Notes: generated by a model from the letters alone, not told the origin. Counted from the first letter of the whole stretch, positions 1-13,767 are shown. The stretch: DNA of 59,767 bases, filler included, from Bipalium vagum (GCA_037834085.1; 3 parts of 3 records of this genome joined end to end with filler, not necessarily neighbours in it); one strand, 5' to 3'. Made by a program: numbers and translations.

Positions 1-82
1 TAGAATAAAATCCTTCGTTTTTACTAAAAAGTTTTACGTCTTTTTATTTTGTCCAGATTTATAGGCGTCAGATGTTAGCTGT

Positions 83-111
83 AAAACGACATTATTTTTG
101 CAGCAACCTAA
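83..111 (-). mobile_element. mariner-type terminal inverted repeat of an element extending left of the window
   Basis: Reverse complement TTAGGTTGCTGCAAAAATAATGTCGTTTT, flanked by a TA run, fits the mariner TTAGGTTG... TIR pattern. Confidence 0.6.
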
Positions 112-279
112 TATATATATATATATATTATGGTAAGTATTTATAAATGATTTTTTTTATTTTAAAATGATATTTTTATATACTAATTGTCTTTATCATC
201 GAATTACTGTTTTGAATATCATTTATGTAAAAATCTGATTTTACTAGTATTGGTAAAGTGGAAGATAACTATTTAATAC

Positions 280-1070
280 TCTCTAATTTGGCCAGAAAAT
301 TATGGAAATGCCTAACGAATTGGCTATTCATTGATGTCAAGTTTGCAACATCTTTTTGAATCTACAAAATTTCTATCCTTAGTTCAGTTAGCTTATGTAA
401 GTCTTTGCATACATGTATGCCATGCTTTGTCATTCAGCCTGAGTATTTCTTTCTTGTAGACCAATGAGAGCTGCTTAACACTTTTCGATACATTAATTTT
501 ATATCAGACCAGTACTTGTTTGCGTTGATAGTCTCACCACGATCTAGCAGTGAAAAATGTATGACACCAGCTTTCGACCATCAGACATTGAAAATAAAGT
601 TTCATGATTGACATTTACCAATTTTGCTGAACTTCAATACAGTAAATATCAGTTAAAGTAAACAACCAATTTTTCATCACTTTTATGAAACAATATAAAG
701 GTGGATCCCTTCAAGTCGCTTATTTTTGTGATTGGTTCAATAAGTAGGATACTGCAGCTGAACCTTTTTAACCTTAACAACCGCTTTCAAATTTCTTGCA
801 GTTGTCCTGTTTAACAAGATCTTGAACGGTTTGATTTGAATTTTATTATAACTTGATTAACAAATAGACATTTTCTATGACACTTCTTGGTCTATTAAGT
901 CTGTACCTGATCGGCTCTCGTCACCTTAATCAAATTTACCATACTACCGCCTCATTGTTCGTCCATTAACTGAACCTTTGCCAAATCTAATGTTTAGATG
1001 CAGCTTCGGAAGCTGCATGTCATGATTTCCATTCGTTTAAGTGACACGCTCTTTCTTTGTCAGTCTGTGT
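280..1070 (-). mobile_element. degenerate mariner transposase remnant
   Basis: Minus-strand pieces HAASEAAS..RFGKGSVNGRTMRR*YGKFD*GD (N-terminal HTH region) and NV*WSKAGVIHFSLLDRGETINANKYW (mariner VWW..G.I...L..G.TIN..Y); many stops and frameshifts. Confidence 0.7.
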
Positions 1071-1858
1071 GTTATTTCGGTTATATTCTAAGAATTTATT
1101 GAACTTTATTTATCTTTTATTTATTTTGTTTTATTTATTTATTATTTATTTATATGTTTAAACAAATATGAAAATATTTTTATATAAAGATAACGAAAGC
1201 AAAATAAATTATTTCTTTAGCTTTACTATAAAATATTGCAAAAAATTTACAATTATTTTTCAGATTGAACATTTAATATGGCAACCTTGTAACTTTTTTA
1301 AAAAACATATTTAATAATAATACAAAAAGAAAAAAGATCTCAATATTGTAGACTATAAGCAGCTAATAGCGAGAACTGGAGAAAATAATTTTTAATTTTG
1401 TCATCTAAATGTATAAATATGCTATTTAATAAGAAAGGTGTTGTTTCTTTTGAAATATAGAAATTAAATTACAAAATTTCACACGCACTTTTAATAAATA
1501 AGCGTAATTATTTTATTTTATTTGTGTGAGTTTTATGAATGAAAGTTACATTTAAATTGTGAAAATTATTAGAATAAAGTAATAATTAATTATTTTGTTA
1601 CAATTCAAGTTAATAATTTAAGTAAAATGGTAAAAAACGTAGTCACCTAAAATACTTAATGAATGAATAATTAAAAAATGTTTTAAAATAATTAATATTC
1701 TCCAAATTGTATTATGATTACTTGAAAATTTATTTAAATAATAAAACATTTCATCATTTAATAATATTATTTTCTTAAAATAATTTATTTTTAACTAAAA
1801 TAAAAATAATTTAGTTAATCTCAATATTGCAGACTTATAGTAAATTCTCACCTTTTAG

Positions 1859-2049
1859 GCTGAATTGCGAGAGCTGGAGAAACGCTGTACACAACAAGCA
1901 TTAAATTATGAAGAAGCTTTATTAGAACTTGAGGCATTGAAGAAAAATAATCAACGTTATGCATCAGATTTTTATCAAAGAAATGGTTCTAAAGATGGTT
2001 TGCTTTCTGTTTCAAAATATTATAATGACAAAATGATTTTTTCTCAAAA
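1859..2049 (+). CDS. probable internal exon of an unidentified coiled-coil protein
   Basis: Acceptor ttctcaccttttAG, open frame AELRELEKRCTQQALNYEEALLELEALKKNNQ...FSQ(K), donor GTtaaa; heptad-like composition; partner exons not resolved. Confidence 0.5.
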
Positions 2050-2419
2050 GTTAAAATATTATATATATTATATATATAAATTAATTAATATATAATAAAA
2101 ATTGTTATAGTTTATATTATACGTGTATATTTACAGTTTATATATTATTATGGGTTACAATCACTAAATTAAATCTGTTAAGATACCTATTCAGTTTGCA
2201 ACTAAAGAATTACGAATTATTGTAAATGAAACAATTGAAAATATTAATTTTTGTTAATTAAAATATTGTCAATTCTTATCGGTCACCTTCTTCCATCTTT
2301 CAGTAAGCATCATAATTCCTATTTTAAAAATCTCGAATCTTGAGCGTTTAAAAACTAGTTAATGTGTATTTTTAACTTTTCATCATTTATAAATTGTTTT
2401 CCATTAAAAGAATTCTGCA

Positions 2420-3181
2420 ACGACCGAAATAAATACTGTATTTTCTAAAATTAAAGCCCTTCCTATATTAGAAGCCATGGTGGTTTCTATTGGCTAACCT
2501 TTTATTGCATAATGATTGACCCTATAATAACGATAGCGATAATTAGAAAATGGATTGAACGGACTTTTCCAAGTTTACTTATGGGAAATAAAAGTCACAT
2601 AATATGGAATAATTCTCGTACCCATAGAGCTTTAGAAATAGTAAAGTACATTGCATTACGAAAATAGATCAAATCATCATTCCTGCTGGCAAAATACCTT
2701 ATCTTCAATCTCTTGACACGACAATTAATAAGCCATTGATAGACTATTTGAGAGATGAAATTAATAATTGTATTGAATTTAGACAAGAAAGAAATGCAAA
2801 AGGAAATCTTGTTAAAATAAGAGTGGAAGACGTAATGAGTTGGATAAGACGTTCATGGAATCGAGTCACTCCAGGTATAATCAATAATGCTTTAATTTCT
2901 GGGTATCTGTTTCTTGGTCAGAATTTTAGGGGGACCACAATATACAAACATGAACCATTTGGGTAATTAATAAGTCAAGCTCTTATAGTGCACATTGATC
3001 AAGAAGATAATGTTATTGATTATGAAAATTATACTGAAAATGATGAATGGATTATTATTACTGAAGATGAATAATAAATAAATCTTTATTTCATAAATAA
3101 ATTTGTATTATTTTTATGTAATTTCCAATTTTTTTATTGGTCTAAGTCTACAAGCCCGGACTATAATTATAGAAAAGACCG
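2420..3181 (+). mobile_element. pogo/Tigger-like DDE transposon, 3' remnant
   Basis: IIWNNSRTH, IIPAGKIPYLQSLDTTINKPLIDYLR (IPxG..LQPLD..INKP motif), WIRRSWNRVT, acidic C-tail, and a terminus ggactataattatagaaaagaccg followed by TA. Confidence 0.8.
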
Positions 3182-3299
3182 TATTAACCTGTTAGTACTA
3201 TATTGGGACTGTATTTTAGATATGACAATATATCCCAGTCTAACTCCAATATTTTTTAAGGTATGGCAAATTTGTGTGTTAAATGTAGGCAGCCAAATT

Positions 3300-4450
3300 A
3301 ATCGTTTCATCTCATTGTAAGAATGTAAGGTAAATTATCCCTTTGAAATTCCACCAAGCTGACAGCAAAACATTTTCTTGATGGATTCACTTGTCTAATT
3401 CATATTTTTTGGATTAAATTATTATAAGTAATTCATTTTTCAACTTCTGTAATCAATCTTTTTAGGAAAGAATCAGTTTTGTTGCGCTTTAGAAGCAAAT
3501 TACATAAACTACGTACATACACTACCTTAAGTTCATAAAAAATTCATATATAAAGGTTTCTTATATATTCCAGTTTGTTTCGCCAGACCAAGTAAGACAA
3601 TCATGCTTATTAACAAAAAACATTTTTGAAGGCATTCTTTGATGTAAATTTCTTGATTTATTGTTCCAGTTTTGATGAAACTTACTTTTTTTCAACATGT
3701 AAAGATGGCTTGTCACACGAGGTATTTCTTTGGGAATTTTGAGAGCTTTTTCATCCTAAATCTTTCAGCAACTGCGTCTTTACCCTCTGCAACATAGTAT
3801 TTCTGACATGGCATTTGTTTGAAGTCACCTTTAATGTAAGTTTCACCGTTCATAATAACAATGAACTTTGGTAAAGAAATTTTCATAAATCTTTCTGGAA
3901 GGAGTTTTATCAATTTTATTCTTTTTTTCATCACGATCAGGAGCAACAATGACTTTTGAGGAATTGAATCCTCTATTCTGCTTCACTTTGTGGATGTAAG
4001 ATTTAGATTTTTAACATATTTTCAAACATCACGTACTGAAAGCGACTGATTTTTCTTAAACGCACTGATAACCTTGTTTGCTAAGTTAGTATCAGTGGGA
4101 CCTGCTTTCTTACTTTTACCTACCTTCCCTTTTTTTTACCTTTACTAATTCTTCTTGTGTTTTGAAATAACTTTTTGAACGGTTGATTTTGCAACTTCAT
4201 CATTTTTAGCGATCGTTGAATATGAAGTAACTGTAATTTGATTATATTTGGACCAAAAAAATTTCTCAGTGACTTCGGCAAATTATATCTGAGGAACCAA
4301 ATAGATTTATTTCAATTTTTATTTTTACATGCTATATGATCAACCAAATGATATTGACTATTAAAAAACAGTTGTACATTATAAAAGTTGGAGTTTATTT
4401 TAAAATTACGTTTTTTGATTATAGTCCGAATTAATTTGAAAGTAGACAGT
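3300..4450 (-). mobile_element. degenerate ITm DD37E-like transposon
   Basis: ORF 3713-3949 IVIMNGETYIKGDFKQMPCQKYY...KFPKKYLV resembles the DD37E MDDETYVKxDF..LPGQ..Y...KF.KK..VW motif; TIR-like end actgtctactttcaaattaattcggact ending at 4450. Confidence 0.65.
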
Positions 4451-5577
4451 TCAAAGACTGAAAACAGAAACTGGAAAGCCCGATCTAACAACGAAATTTA
4501 GTTACAGGAAGTAAATATTTAAAACGAAGTGACAATAATTAGAGTACTTTGACGCAATAAACTTTTTCTTTTTATTTCCTTTTATAATAAACAAAAATTA
4601 TTATTATTATCATTATCATTATTAGTTATTTAAGTATGGTAGTTATTTAAAAATATAGAATTTGAGATTTCGTTATTATGGATTTCAATTTTTATGAATA
4701 AAAAATAAACATTTTTATTGTCAAATAATGTTACTATATAAATACAAGTAAATATGAATCAATAATTATTCTTTTGAATACCTTAATAGACGTAATATTC
4801 ATTCATAATTGGGATTTTTTGGAAAAAAATAAGAAGCTTTCTGTAATATTCTAATTTCGTAATTAATTATTAGCTTCTTTTTTATTTTGATATTTAATTT
4901 TTATTTACGATTTTTTTTAAAAATAACTTCATAAATTTTCTGATCAAAAACTTTTTTGATCCTTTAAATATGTAATCTTTAAATTAAAATTTATAGAAAT
5001 ATTCCAATATCTTGGACCTCAGTGCATGAAATTTAGTTTTTAACAATGAATTTTAAATACTTTATATTTTTCTATAATAACAACTTTGAATTAATAAATG
5101 ATCAATAAAAAAAATAAAACAAATTTTTATAATAATAATCTATATCATATTTGTAAATTCGTTATTTATCTGGATTAATAATGAAATCACCTTTTAATCA
5201 AGATCAACAGTTTTATTGATTAAATATTTTTTTTAAAAATCATAAATTAAAAATAAAAATATTTAAATAATGTTATACAATGTTCAATATATTCTTGCAA
5301 ACATCACTGATAGATTTTTACTACATACATCATTAAAGTAAAATTCAAGGCTTAGTGCTTTAAGAAATGAAGTAATATTGGATTTAATTGTGTTCAAAAA
5401 GTTATCATCCCCTGCATTTTTAGACCAAAGCTTCTTTCATAAACTTTATAGTAAATAAGTACATTTCTAAATAAGGTATGTTTTAGGTATATATTGTTTA
5501 ATATTTATTGGTACCATGCATCTTTAATATTTTATATATTTCGTTTAACAAATTCCATCTATAAGGATTACATTATA

Positions 5578-6851
5578 TCAGGTAACGAACTAAGTTTTTT
5601 CGTTTTATCAGTTGTTTAAATTTGTTAGCCCCTGGAATTCTCATTTATCGACCGATTTAAATTTTCATTGTTATCGTTTGGTGCTTAAACATGTGAGTTT
5701 CAAATTTACTGTATAATTAATGTTATTAACCATTATCCTCTGGAATAGGTGGAAAATCCAAAATTTCGCTAGACAAATCACAAATTCGAGCAATTATTTA
5801 TTACGGATAGAAAAAACCCAGAAGCACAAATTAAACTGTCTCAAAACGTAACCAGGTGCTTGGTGAAGGAACAATGTAACTGTGAACAGTGCAAAATTGG
5901 TTTAAAAATTCAATAGTGGCGATTTTTCAAAGAGAGGTCTGGAAGACACAGAGAGTTGGAGGATTATAAAATTATGGAACTTCTTGAACAAACCAGAACA
6001 TGCTAAACAAATCGTCTTGGAGTTAAATATAAGCGATAGCCATAAGAAACCGACTGAAAGCGTTAGGATTCACTTGTAAACTCGACAAATGAACTCCCCA
6101 TCAACCAGCTGAAAAAACAAGTTGGATCGCATTGAAATTTGTTCAAGACTTCTCGAAAGAAACCCACATGATCCTTTTCTCGACCGGATAGTCACTTGCG
6201 ATGAAAAGTGGATCTATCATGACAACATAACCAGACGAAGATCGTGGTCGTTGAAAGGAGAGCCTCCGCAAAAAAATTCACGAAACAGGGTTCTTTTATG
6301 CATTTGATGGGTTTATAGTGGAATTATTTATCAGAAGCTTCTTAAATAGAGGGAATTCATTAATTCTTATGTTTATTGTGACATGCTAATAAGAGTTCAT
6401 GTCATTATGAAGGAAAACCGGGGAAGTTTGATAAACCGAAAACAAGTGATTTTCCACCAAGATAATGCCAAGCCTCACAAATCAATGAGGACATTGAAAG
6501 TTATTCAGGAATTAAACTGGACTTTAATGGAACATCCACCATATAGTCCGATATCGTCCCATCTGATTTTTATTTGTTCCGGCTAATACAGAATCACTTG
6601 TGGGTAAAGGTTTTAAGAGTTCCGAATGTATAAAGAATGAAGAATATTTCTTTCTTTCATTCAAAAGATCGAGATTCCTTTAATACTGGGACCAATAAAC
6701 TTCTAAATAGATGGGAGGTAGTAATAGAAAAAGATGGGGAATATCTGGATGATTAATTGTTTAATAATGTTTTATGATTAATAAATTAAATTTATCTTCA
6801 GTCTTAGTTTAGTTTTTAATTAAAAACGACAAAACTTAGTTTGTTACCTGA
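5578..6851 (+). mobile_element. full-length but inactivated mariner (DD34D), 1274 bp
   Basis: TIRs tcaggtaacgaactaagttttttcgtttt / aaaacgacaaaacttagtttgttacctga with TA on both sides; IVTCDEKWIYHDN, FHQDNAKPH and HPPYSP motifs; frameshifts and stops. Confidence 0.93.
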
Positions 6852-9667
6852 TATTTATCATTTCTCAACGAACTTTTCAATCTTATGAAATTAATATCAC
6901 AATACATTATTAATATATAATGCATAAATATTAATGTTTTGATTAATTAATAATAATGATATTATTATTAGTGGTAGTATTTAATTACTAATACTCTTAT
7001 TGTGAATTTGTTTTAACAAATGTTTGTTTAACATTTACCTAATATAGAAATATATGAATATAAACAAAAATATTTACTAGATTTAGGATGGCTTTTACAA
7101 TTAATGTCAAATTATTCAAAAGAAAAAAGTAATTGATGCAAAAATGATTTTCAATTTGTTGTTGTTTAGCTTGAATATTTGTTTCTTTTGTACATTATTT
7201 AAAAATGAATGTTTTCACTTTTTAATGGAAACACTGTCATTAATTTCAATGTTTACGTAGTTTCATTGTTTTGCTCCAGTAGATTTCTATGAAGCATTGA
7301 TTAATGTTAAGTTCGAGCTACAAAGCTTGACAGTGTAGATATATATATATACGTAGATTTTCACTATAGTTTATCATTGTCTTATTTTATTGTCCATTTA
7401 CATTTCGTAAAACTCAAATAATTTTCATTGGAACGCAACATTTTTCAGTGCCATGTTTCTTGTGGAATCTTTTCGAACTTTAATAAATTTTTTTAATAAA
7501 GAAAACTTCATATTAACATTATTTCTTGTGAAAATTAATTTTTTAATTGGAATCTGATGTAATTAAATGGTGAGTTTTGTGAAAAATCTTTATTTGTAAA
7601 TTTTTATTTATATTTTTATTCTTTATTTATTATTCGTTGCTTCATAAAATTGTTTTAGTTAGAAAAACTTTATAAAATAATTTTATTGTCTTGTTAAATT
7701 TAGAAATCTTCTTAATTGTATTATTTATGAAATACAGTGAGACAGTTCCAAAAATATTATGAGAAGAGAAAGAAATATATGACAGTATATTTTATAATAT
7801 GAATTTTATTCATAAAACCAACCATTTATAATCCTTCTGTAATCAAATATTCTACATTAATCTTTTTCCTGATGACTGAAATTTATAATGTTGAGTTTAA
7901 TTATATATAAATATCAAGTATATATATACATATATACGTATATCAAATATATATATATACTTGATATTTGAACTCTAAAATTCACATCCGTTGTCCAGCT
8001 TGTTTTCCCGGCTGCGAACTGAAACAAATTAAATTTTACATTTATAAAAGTATAAGCCTTTCAGTTCGCACAAGAATAAATTAGAGAAATAATGAATGTC
8101 ATCAATTGTTATTTATTTATGTATTTTACCTTTTCATTAATAGAATGTGATAAAATTTTATTAGATTATCAATTCCTTTTTATTACAATAAATTGAGAAC
8201 AATGGCTACCTATCTTCTATAGAGTTGTGGATCTGTTTATTAGTTTAATTGATTCAGTATGTCTTGTAAAAATGAGAATGTGGATTATAATTTTTATTAC
8301 CTGGCTCTCAGAAAGTAATTCAGTGCACAGAATGACGATAATCAAAGATTACTTTCTGTAAAACCCTTTAGGTCTTTTTTTCTGTTTTGCTTTTCCATTC
8401 ATTGTTCCCTTTCTTGTTTAATGTTATCTATTTTTCTTATCCAAATCCATCACAGGCTGTCTTTCATCTACAATCAGAATTCTTTTATCATGTTTTATCA
8501 ACATATTACTTCGGAATTCTGTCATTTTCATTAAAATTTCTCTGACGAATTCTTTTAAAAATGAGTAAAAATATTATTTTAAATATCTTTATTCCTTAAA
8601 TGAACTTCGAAATTGCGGGCTTCGTATTATTAACAATGTTATTTATAAAATTTCATTTTATTGAATATTTTTATTAATTATGTATTTATTTAATATATTA
8701 TTAACTTTATTATTATTTTAATTTCAGATTTCCATAATTCTTCTGGTTCTACAGTAATGGTTAGTTGTATTATACTAAGTTTAATTGTTGATATTAAATT
8801 CATATAATATTATTGCTACATCCTCGATTTTTTTTCTTTCACCTTATTTAATTCAATAATTTATTTAATAAATCAATTACTATTTTTATAGAAATAAAGA
8901 TTTTTTTATTTTTGATATTAATCATAACGTCATTCCAAGGGATATTAGGATAAATTTTTAATTAAAACCGGATAATAATTACAAAATATATTATTCAAAA
9001 TTTCAGAATCAGTAATTTAATATTTGATTTATTGATTTGTATCTTGGTGAGTAGAAATTTTGTTTTATTACGAATTACTTCCCGAAATACCTTTGGGAAT
9101 GTATACAAAAGACTTGTCATCAAATTAGAAATGAAGTAGATGAAATTTATACAATTAATATCCAATGAATATATATATATATATATATCAATAATAAAAA
9201 TATATGAAAAAAACAAGAAATTCGATTTTAAAAATTATTTCATTATAAAACTTTCAAATAAGAATTTTATTTTGACTTACCTTTTTTTCTTTTGGCAACA
9301 GTTATTAATTTATTTTTACACCACTTTTCTGTAACAGAAATATTTTCCAGCTCTGCCATTATTCGCCAAAACAAAAGAATTTAAGGGAGAAATAATTAAA
9401 TCCTATAAAAAACAAATATAGGCACTTTCACAATCTACTATCTAAACAAGGAGTTTACAAATTTACAAAAATTCTCAATATACGTTGTGTACATTAAATG
9501 TTCTTATAATCGTTCAGAAATGAAAAAAGAGGTCTATGAAATTTTCTACATAAAGCAATTAATTTATATAGATAAATATTTTTAATCCTGTGAACATCAT
9601 AAATTTATTTTTTAAATAGACGCATTTCAATAATTTTGAAAAATTTTTCTTTCAAACATTTATTATT

Positions 9668-9709
9668 ATGAAACATGTTTCGAACTATTATCAGTTCATC
9701 ATCAGTCAT
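9668..9709 (-). ncRNA. minimal type I hammerhead ribozyme at the PLE terminus
   Basis: Minus strand ATGA-CTGATGA-T-GAACT-gataat-AGTTC-GAAA-C-AT-G-TT-TCAT: CUGAUGA and GAAA cores, 5-bp stem II, 4-bp stem I, palindromic stem III region GAAACATGTTTC. Confidence 0.85.
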
Positions 9710-11090
9710 TCATATTTAAAACAAAACACCTTAATTACCTAAACGACAGACTAATTTTTAAATTAAATATTTTGGTGGTAATTATTATTTTTTTATTTTA
9801 ATAATTTTTTTAAAAATTAATTAATTTGAGAAAACCAATTGACTATCCATTGGTTTTTTTGTTTCTTTCTCCAGTTTGAATATTAATCTCCGGTTACCGC
9901 TCTTTTATTAATAACGATTTGCATATCTTCCGTTCATCGTTATCAAAATTATTCATGAGTATTCGAAATTCTTCAGCTTTAACTTGGTCTTTCAAACACA
10001 ATTCAAAGAATGATCTAACATTTTACTCTTTCTGATTAATTGCGAATGTTCACTAATACGTTTTCTGAGGTAACGCTTTGTCTCCCCTATGTATAGGCTA
10101 TTACACCCATGACATTTAATTTCATATACGATATTAGCTTGCAATATTGCAGGTGTTGCGTTTTGATTTTTAAATAACTTGTTTTTGTTATCCTTGAAAT
10201 TACTTTTAAATCGTCAAGCTCAACAGTTTTTCCTATAATTTTCTTGAATGTTCTAAATCCTTTTGAAAAAGGGTATTTTTAGTACGTTCTTGAACTATTC
10301 TTTTCTATTTTCACTTTTCTTTTTATCTTTTTCTTTTTCAGTTTTTAATCTGCTAATTGTTCCTTTGATTATCTTTTCTATTTTTCTATCTGGAAATGCA
10401 TTCTTTTTCAACCTTTCTTTTATAATATCCATTTCATTATCTATCTCTTTATAGTATGATGTTAAAGACCATATTCCATGAATTAACCCTTTGATTAATC
10501 CACTTTTATATCTTTCTTCACAGAAACTATTTTTTGACTTATATAGTACTGTATCCGTTTTTTTTCTAAATATATTTGATCTATAATTTATTATTCGATT
10601 TCTCCTTTTTAATAATAATATCTAGAAATGGTAGTTTTTCTTTTTTTTCTCCGTCGTGAAATTAATATTTTCATGTAGGCTGTTCATGTACATGTATGTT
10701 AAAAATGGATTAATGTGATTTTCACTTTCGAATATTAAAAATATATCATCAACATATCTTTTATAAGCCAGTGGTTTACTTCCTTGGTACTTGTCGATTT
10801 TCGTTTCTAAGTAGTCCATGAATATTGATGATAATGTTGGTCCTAATGGCAACCCCATAGCTACTCCATCTGTTTACTTTTACCATTCGTTCTTGAACAT
10901 AAACGATACATTTCTAGTGCTAAATTCTAAAAACTTTTGCAGAGCTATGTCATCCATGATTTCTTTATTTCCTTTATCATTCCACAAATCAATGCACAGA
11001 TCATTTGTTTCTAAAATAGGGACATTGGTGCAAAGACTAGATACATCGAATGATACCAGAAATTCATTATTTGATTTTTTCTCATAAGTA
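9668..11090 (-). mobile_element. Penelope-like retroelement, 5'-truncated (RT + GIY-YIG)
   Basis: LVSFDVSSLCTNVP, MGLPLGPTLSSIFM, RYVDDIF and LHENINFTTE (PLE-type RT), then NIVYEIKCHGCNSLYIGETKRYLRKRISEH (GIY-YIG) and a terminal hammerhead. Confidence 0.92.
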
Positions 11091-13091
11091 TTATTTCAAA
11101 AAAGGTAAAGCTGAATAAATTGGTAAGTTAAATGGATATTTAATAATAAATATATAATAGTTAATTAATTAAAATATTGCCTGCTTTAAAAAACACGTTA
11201 GTTTTCTAATTTACAGTAGCATTATAAAATTCGAACAGTTAATAATATAATTTCTATGGAGAAAGAAATAAAGGAAATATAAATAATGAAAATTGAAATG
11301 TTTAGTTTCATTATTAATCAGAGATTCAATAAATTATGATTGAAATAATTAACTTTTGATAGAATTAACTAGTTTAGATATAAATCAATTAAGTTATAAT
11401 AAATAAATTACATTGATCAATATGAAACCATTAACAAAATCTTTATAAAATTATTAATGGAAACTGAACTTATCTGAAAATAATCTGAAATGATGAAAAT
11501 ATAATCATCATCCATGCTTAATTTCACATTTTTATTACAATACTTACACTATATTTACTAGGTCTGAAAAAGAAAACAATGTAGTGTTAATATTATCATA
11601 ATAATATTATTATTAATCATAATATTATTATAATAATTCTTTACTTCTTTTTATAATAATTATTTTTTTATTAATAATTAAAAATTGTCAAAACCGTGTT
11701 GATTGTTTAATGACCTCTCTAAATATAAAAAAATTTTTAATACATTATAAAAAATCAATAATGTTAGACGTTTAAATATTCATTTAATTTCAAAGAAATT
11801 TTCTTATTAATCTCTTTCAAAATTAAAACCTAAAAATTTTCTAGAAGTTTTAGTTATAAATTAGTGAATAGAAATAATAAAAATGGTGAAGCTATTATTT
11901 AATTATAGTTTCAATTGATTTGGTAACTGTATTATCTTAATGAGTGAATTTATTATGTAAATAGTATTTTCTGTCATATATTAGACACAAGTTTTATTTA
12001 TTTATTTTTAGATAATAGTTTTTCTTTTGTAGAACTAATAAGATATGTTCAATATTGTTTTTCCTTTTTATCTTAATTAATTGTTTTAAAATATATTTCC
12101 TATTATTATATTGATTTTATTTATTAATTTTTAAAAACTTATCTGTTCCTAAACATTTCATTTTTTTAATCTTCACATTATTGTGGTATCTCTAGGTATG
12201 TTTTGTCAAAGAGATAAATAGATTTCCCTAAAAGGATAATGAGAAAAATAATAATAATATAAATTAAGCAATCAATATAAAGAAATGAAAGGATTAATGA
12301 TTTCGCTCAATTTTTCTTATTTTTCTCTGAACTCAAATATTTTTAATGATTTACCATATTTATTTTTTATTATTTATTTTTATATTATTATTAATTATTT
12401 TAAATGTTTCATAATTAAATTAAATTAATAGATGAAAATCAATAATGGAATAATTTTTTGTTTAATAATTGAATAATCAAAAATTAAAATTAAAATCATT
12501 TTTGAATTTCTTTTTCACTTTAATTTAATTTTTTTTAAAAGAAATTATTTAATATTTTTAATTACTTATAAAAGCAAAATATAAACAAATACTATAAATC
12601 ATAAACATCTTTAATTATTCTAAAATCTAAAAATTGTTCAGAAAATTTAATTAATTTAGAGAATAATCTTTTTAAAGAATTACAAGGCAATGATTAAATA
12701 TATTTATGAAATTTAAACTAAAAATAAAAAATATTTATTTAAAATAAAACTATTTAAAACGAATATAATTTAGTTATTTAAAATTTATTAAATAATAATA
12801 ATTATTATTTTTTATTATAAAAGCATATTAAATTATAAGATGGATTAATTGATTAATTAAAAATTATTATAAATCTATATTAAATGTAAAGACCAAAGAT
12901 CTGAGTAAAAATTTTTAAATATATTTAATTATTAATTTTTAAATATCAAAGTTTAATTGGATAATCAATGATTATTAATCATATATAAAACTTCTTTCAA
13001 ACTCACTTTTTGTAAATAATATTTTTTTTAAAATTTCTTATTTTAAATTTCAGTTTGTAGAAATAATCTTTAGTGAAATTTTCTGTCCTAG

Positions 13092-13630
13092 AAACTTTTA
13101 TCTGAAAAAAATGGTGAATGGAATCATGTCGAAATAACAATTTAAGATTATTTATTTGATGATGTAATATACGTAGTTGAAGCCATTTTCGACTGTCTAA
13201 ATAGTTATAGGTTTATTCAGACCTTTAAATAGGTCTATTCAGACTCCTGAAAAAGGTCTACATATTCTATAGAAAAATATGTTCAAATATTACAGTTTGA
13301 AAGTGATGATTTGTTGAAAGTTTCTTGAAAAGGTAAATCATTTCGCAATTGTTTTTTCTTTTACAAAATTTTCAAAATTTTATTTTCAAGGAAATATTAT
13401 AAAAGAATAGTAATGTTTCACTTTCTTATTGTTCTTCATTATTTACCATTTTAATCTAGCGGATTACGTTTAAGATATGCTTGTAAGAAATCTCCTGTAC
13501 TACTTGAAAATTATATCAAACATCTTTGGTGCATCTCTTATCGATGTAGTAAGAATATTTTCATAAATATAAAAAATGTCTTCCTAAATTATCTAATAAT
13601 GATCGGATCAATTGCAACTATCACAGTGTG
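13092..13630 (+). CDS. micro-exon gene fragment or pseudogene with an in-frame TGA, unidentified
   Basis: Short GT-AG introns (including 40, 58 and 50 nt) join phase-compatible pieces KLLSEKN/VEAIFDCLNS/..LLKK/FESDDLLKVS*K/GNIIKE/YGLRLRYACKKSPVLL. Confidence 0.3.
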
Positions 13631-13767
13631 AATTTTTTTGATAAATTTCCTCTTTTAGCAAATTCGGAATTTTTTAATGATTCCCATTAATTAAATTTTT
13701 ATTATTTTCCATTTATTAGATTTTTTGTTAATCGCATAAGTTGATTTTGATTCATAATCACTAACTA

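Noticed and set aside
998-1018. Perfect hairpin atgcagcttc-g-gaagctgcat
   Set aside because: Lies within mariner transposase codons (AASEAA); no sign of independent function.
10818-11087. Plus-strand ORFs 10818-11087, 10263-10454, 15842-16063, 27617-27841 and 41511-41711
   Set aside because: Antisense shadows of transposon coding regions.
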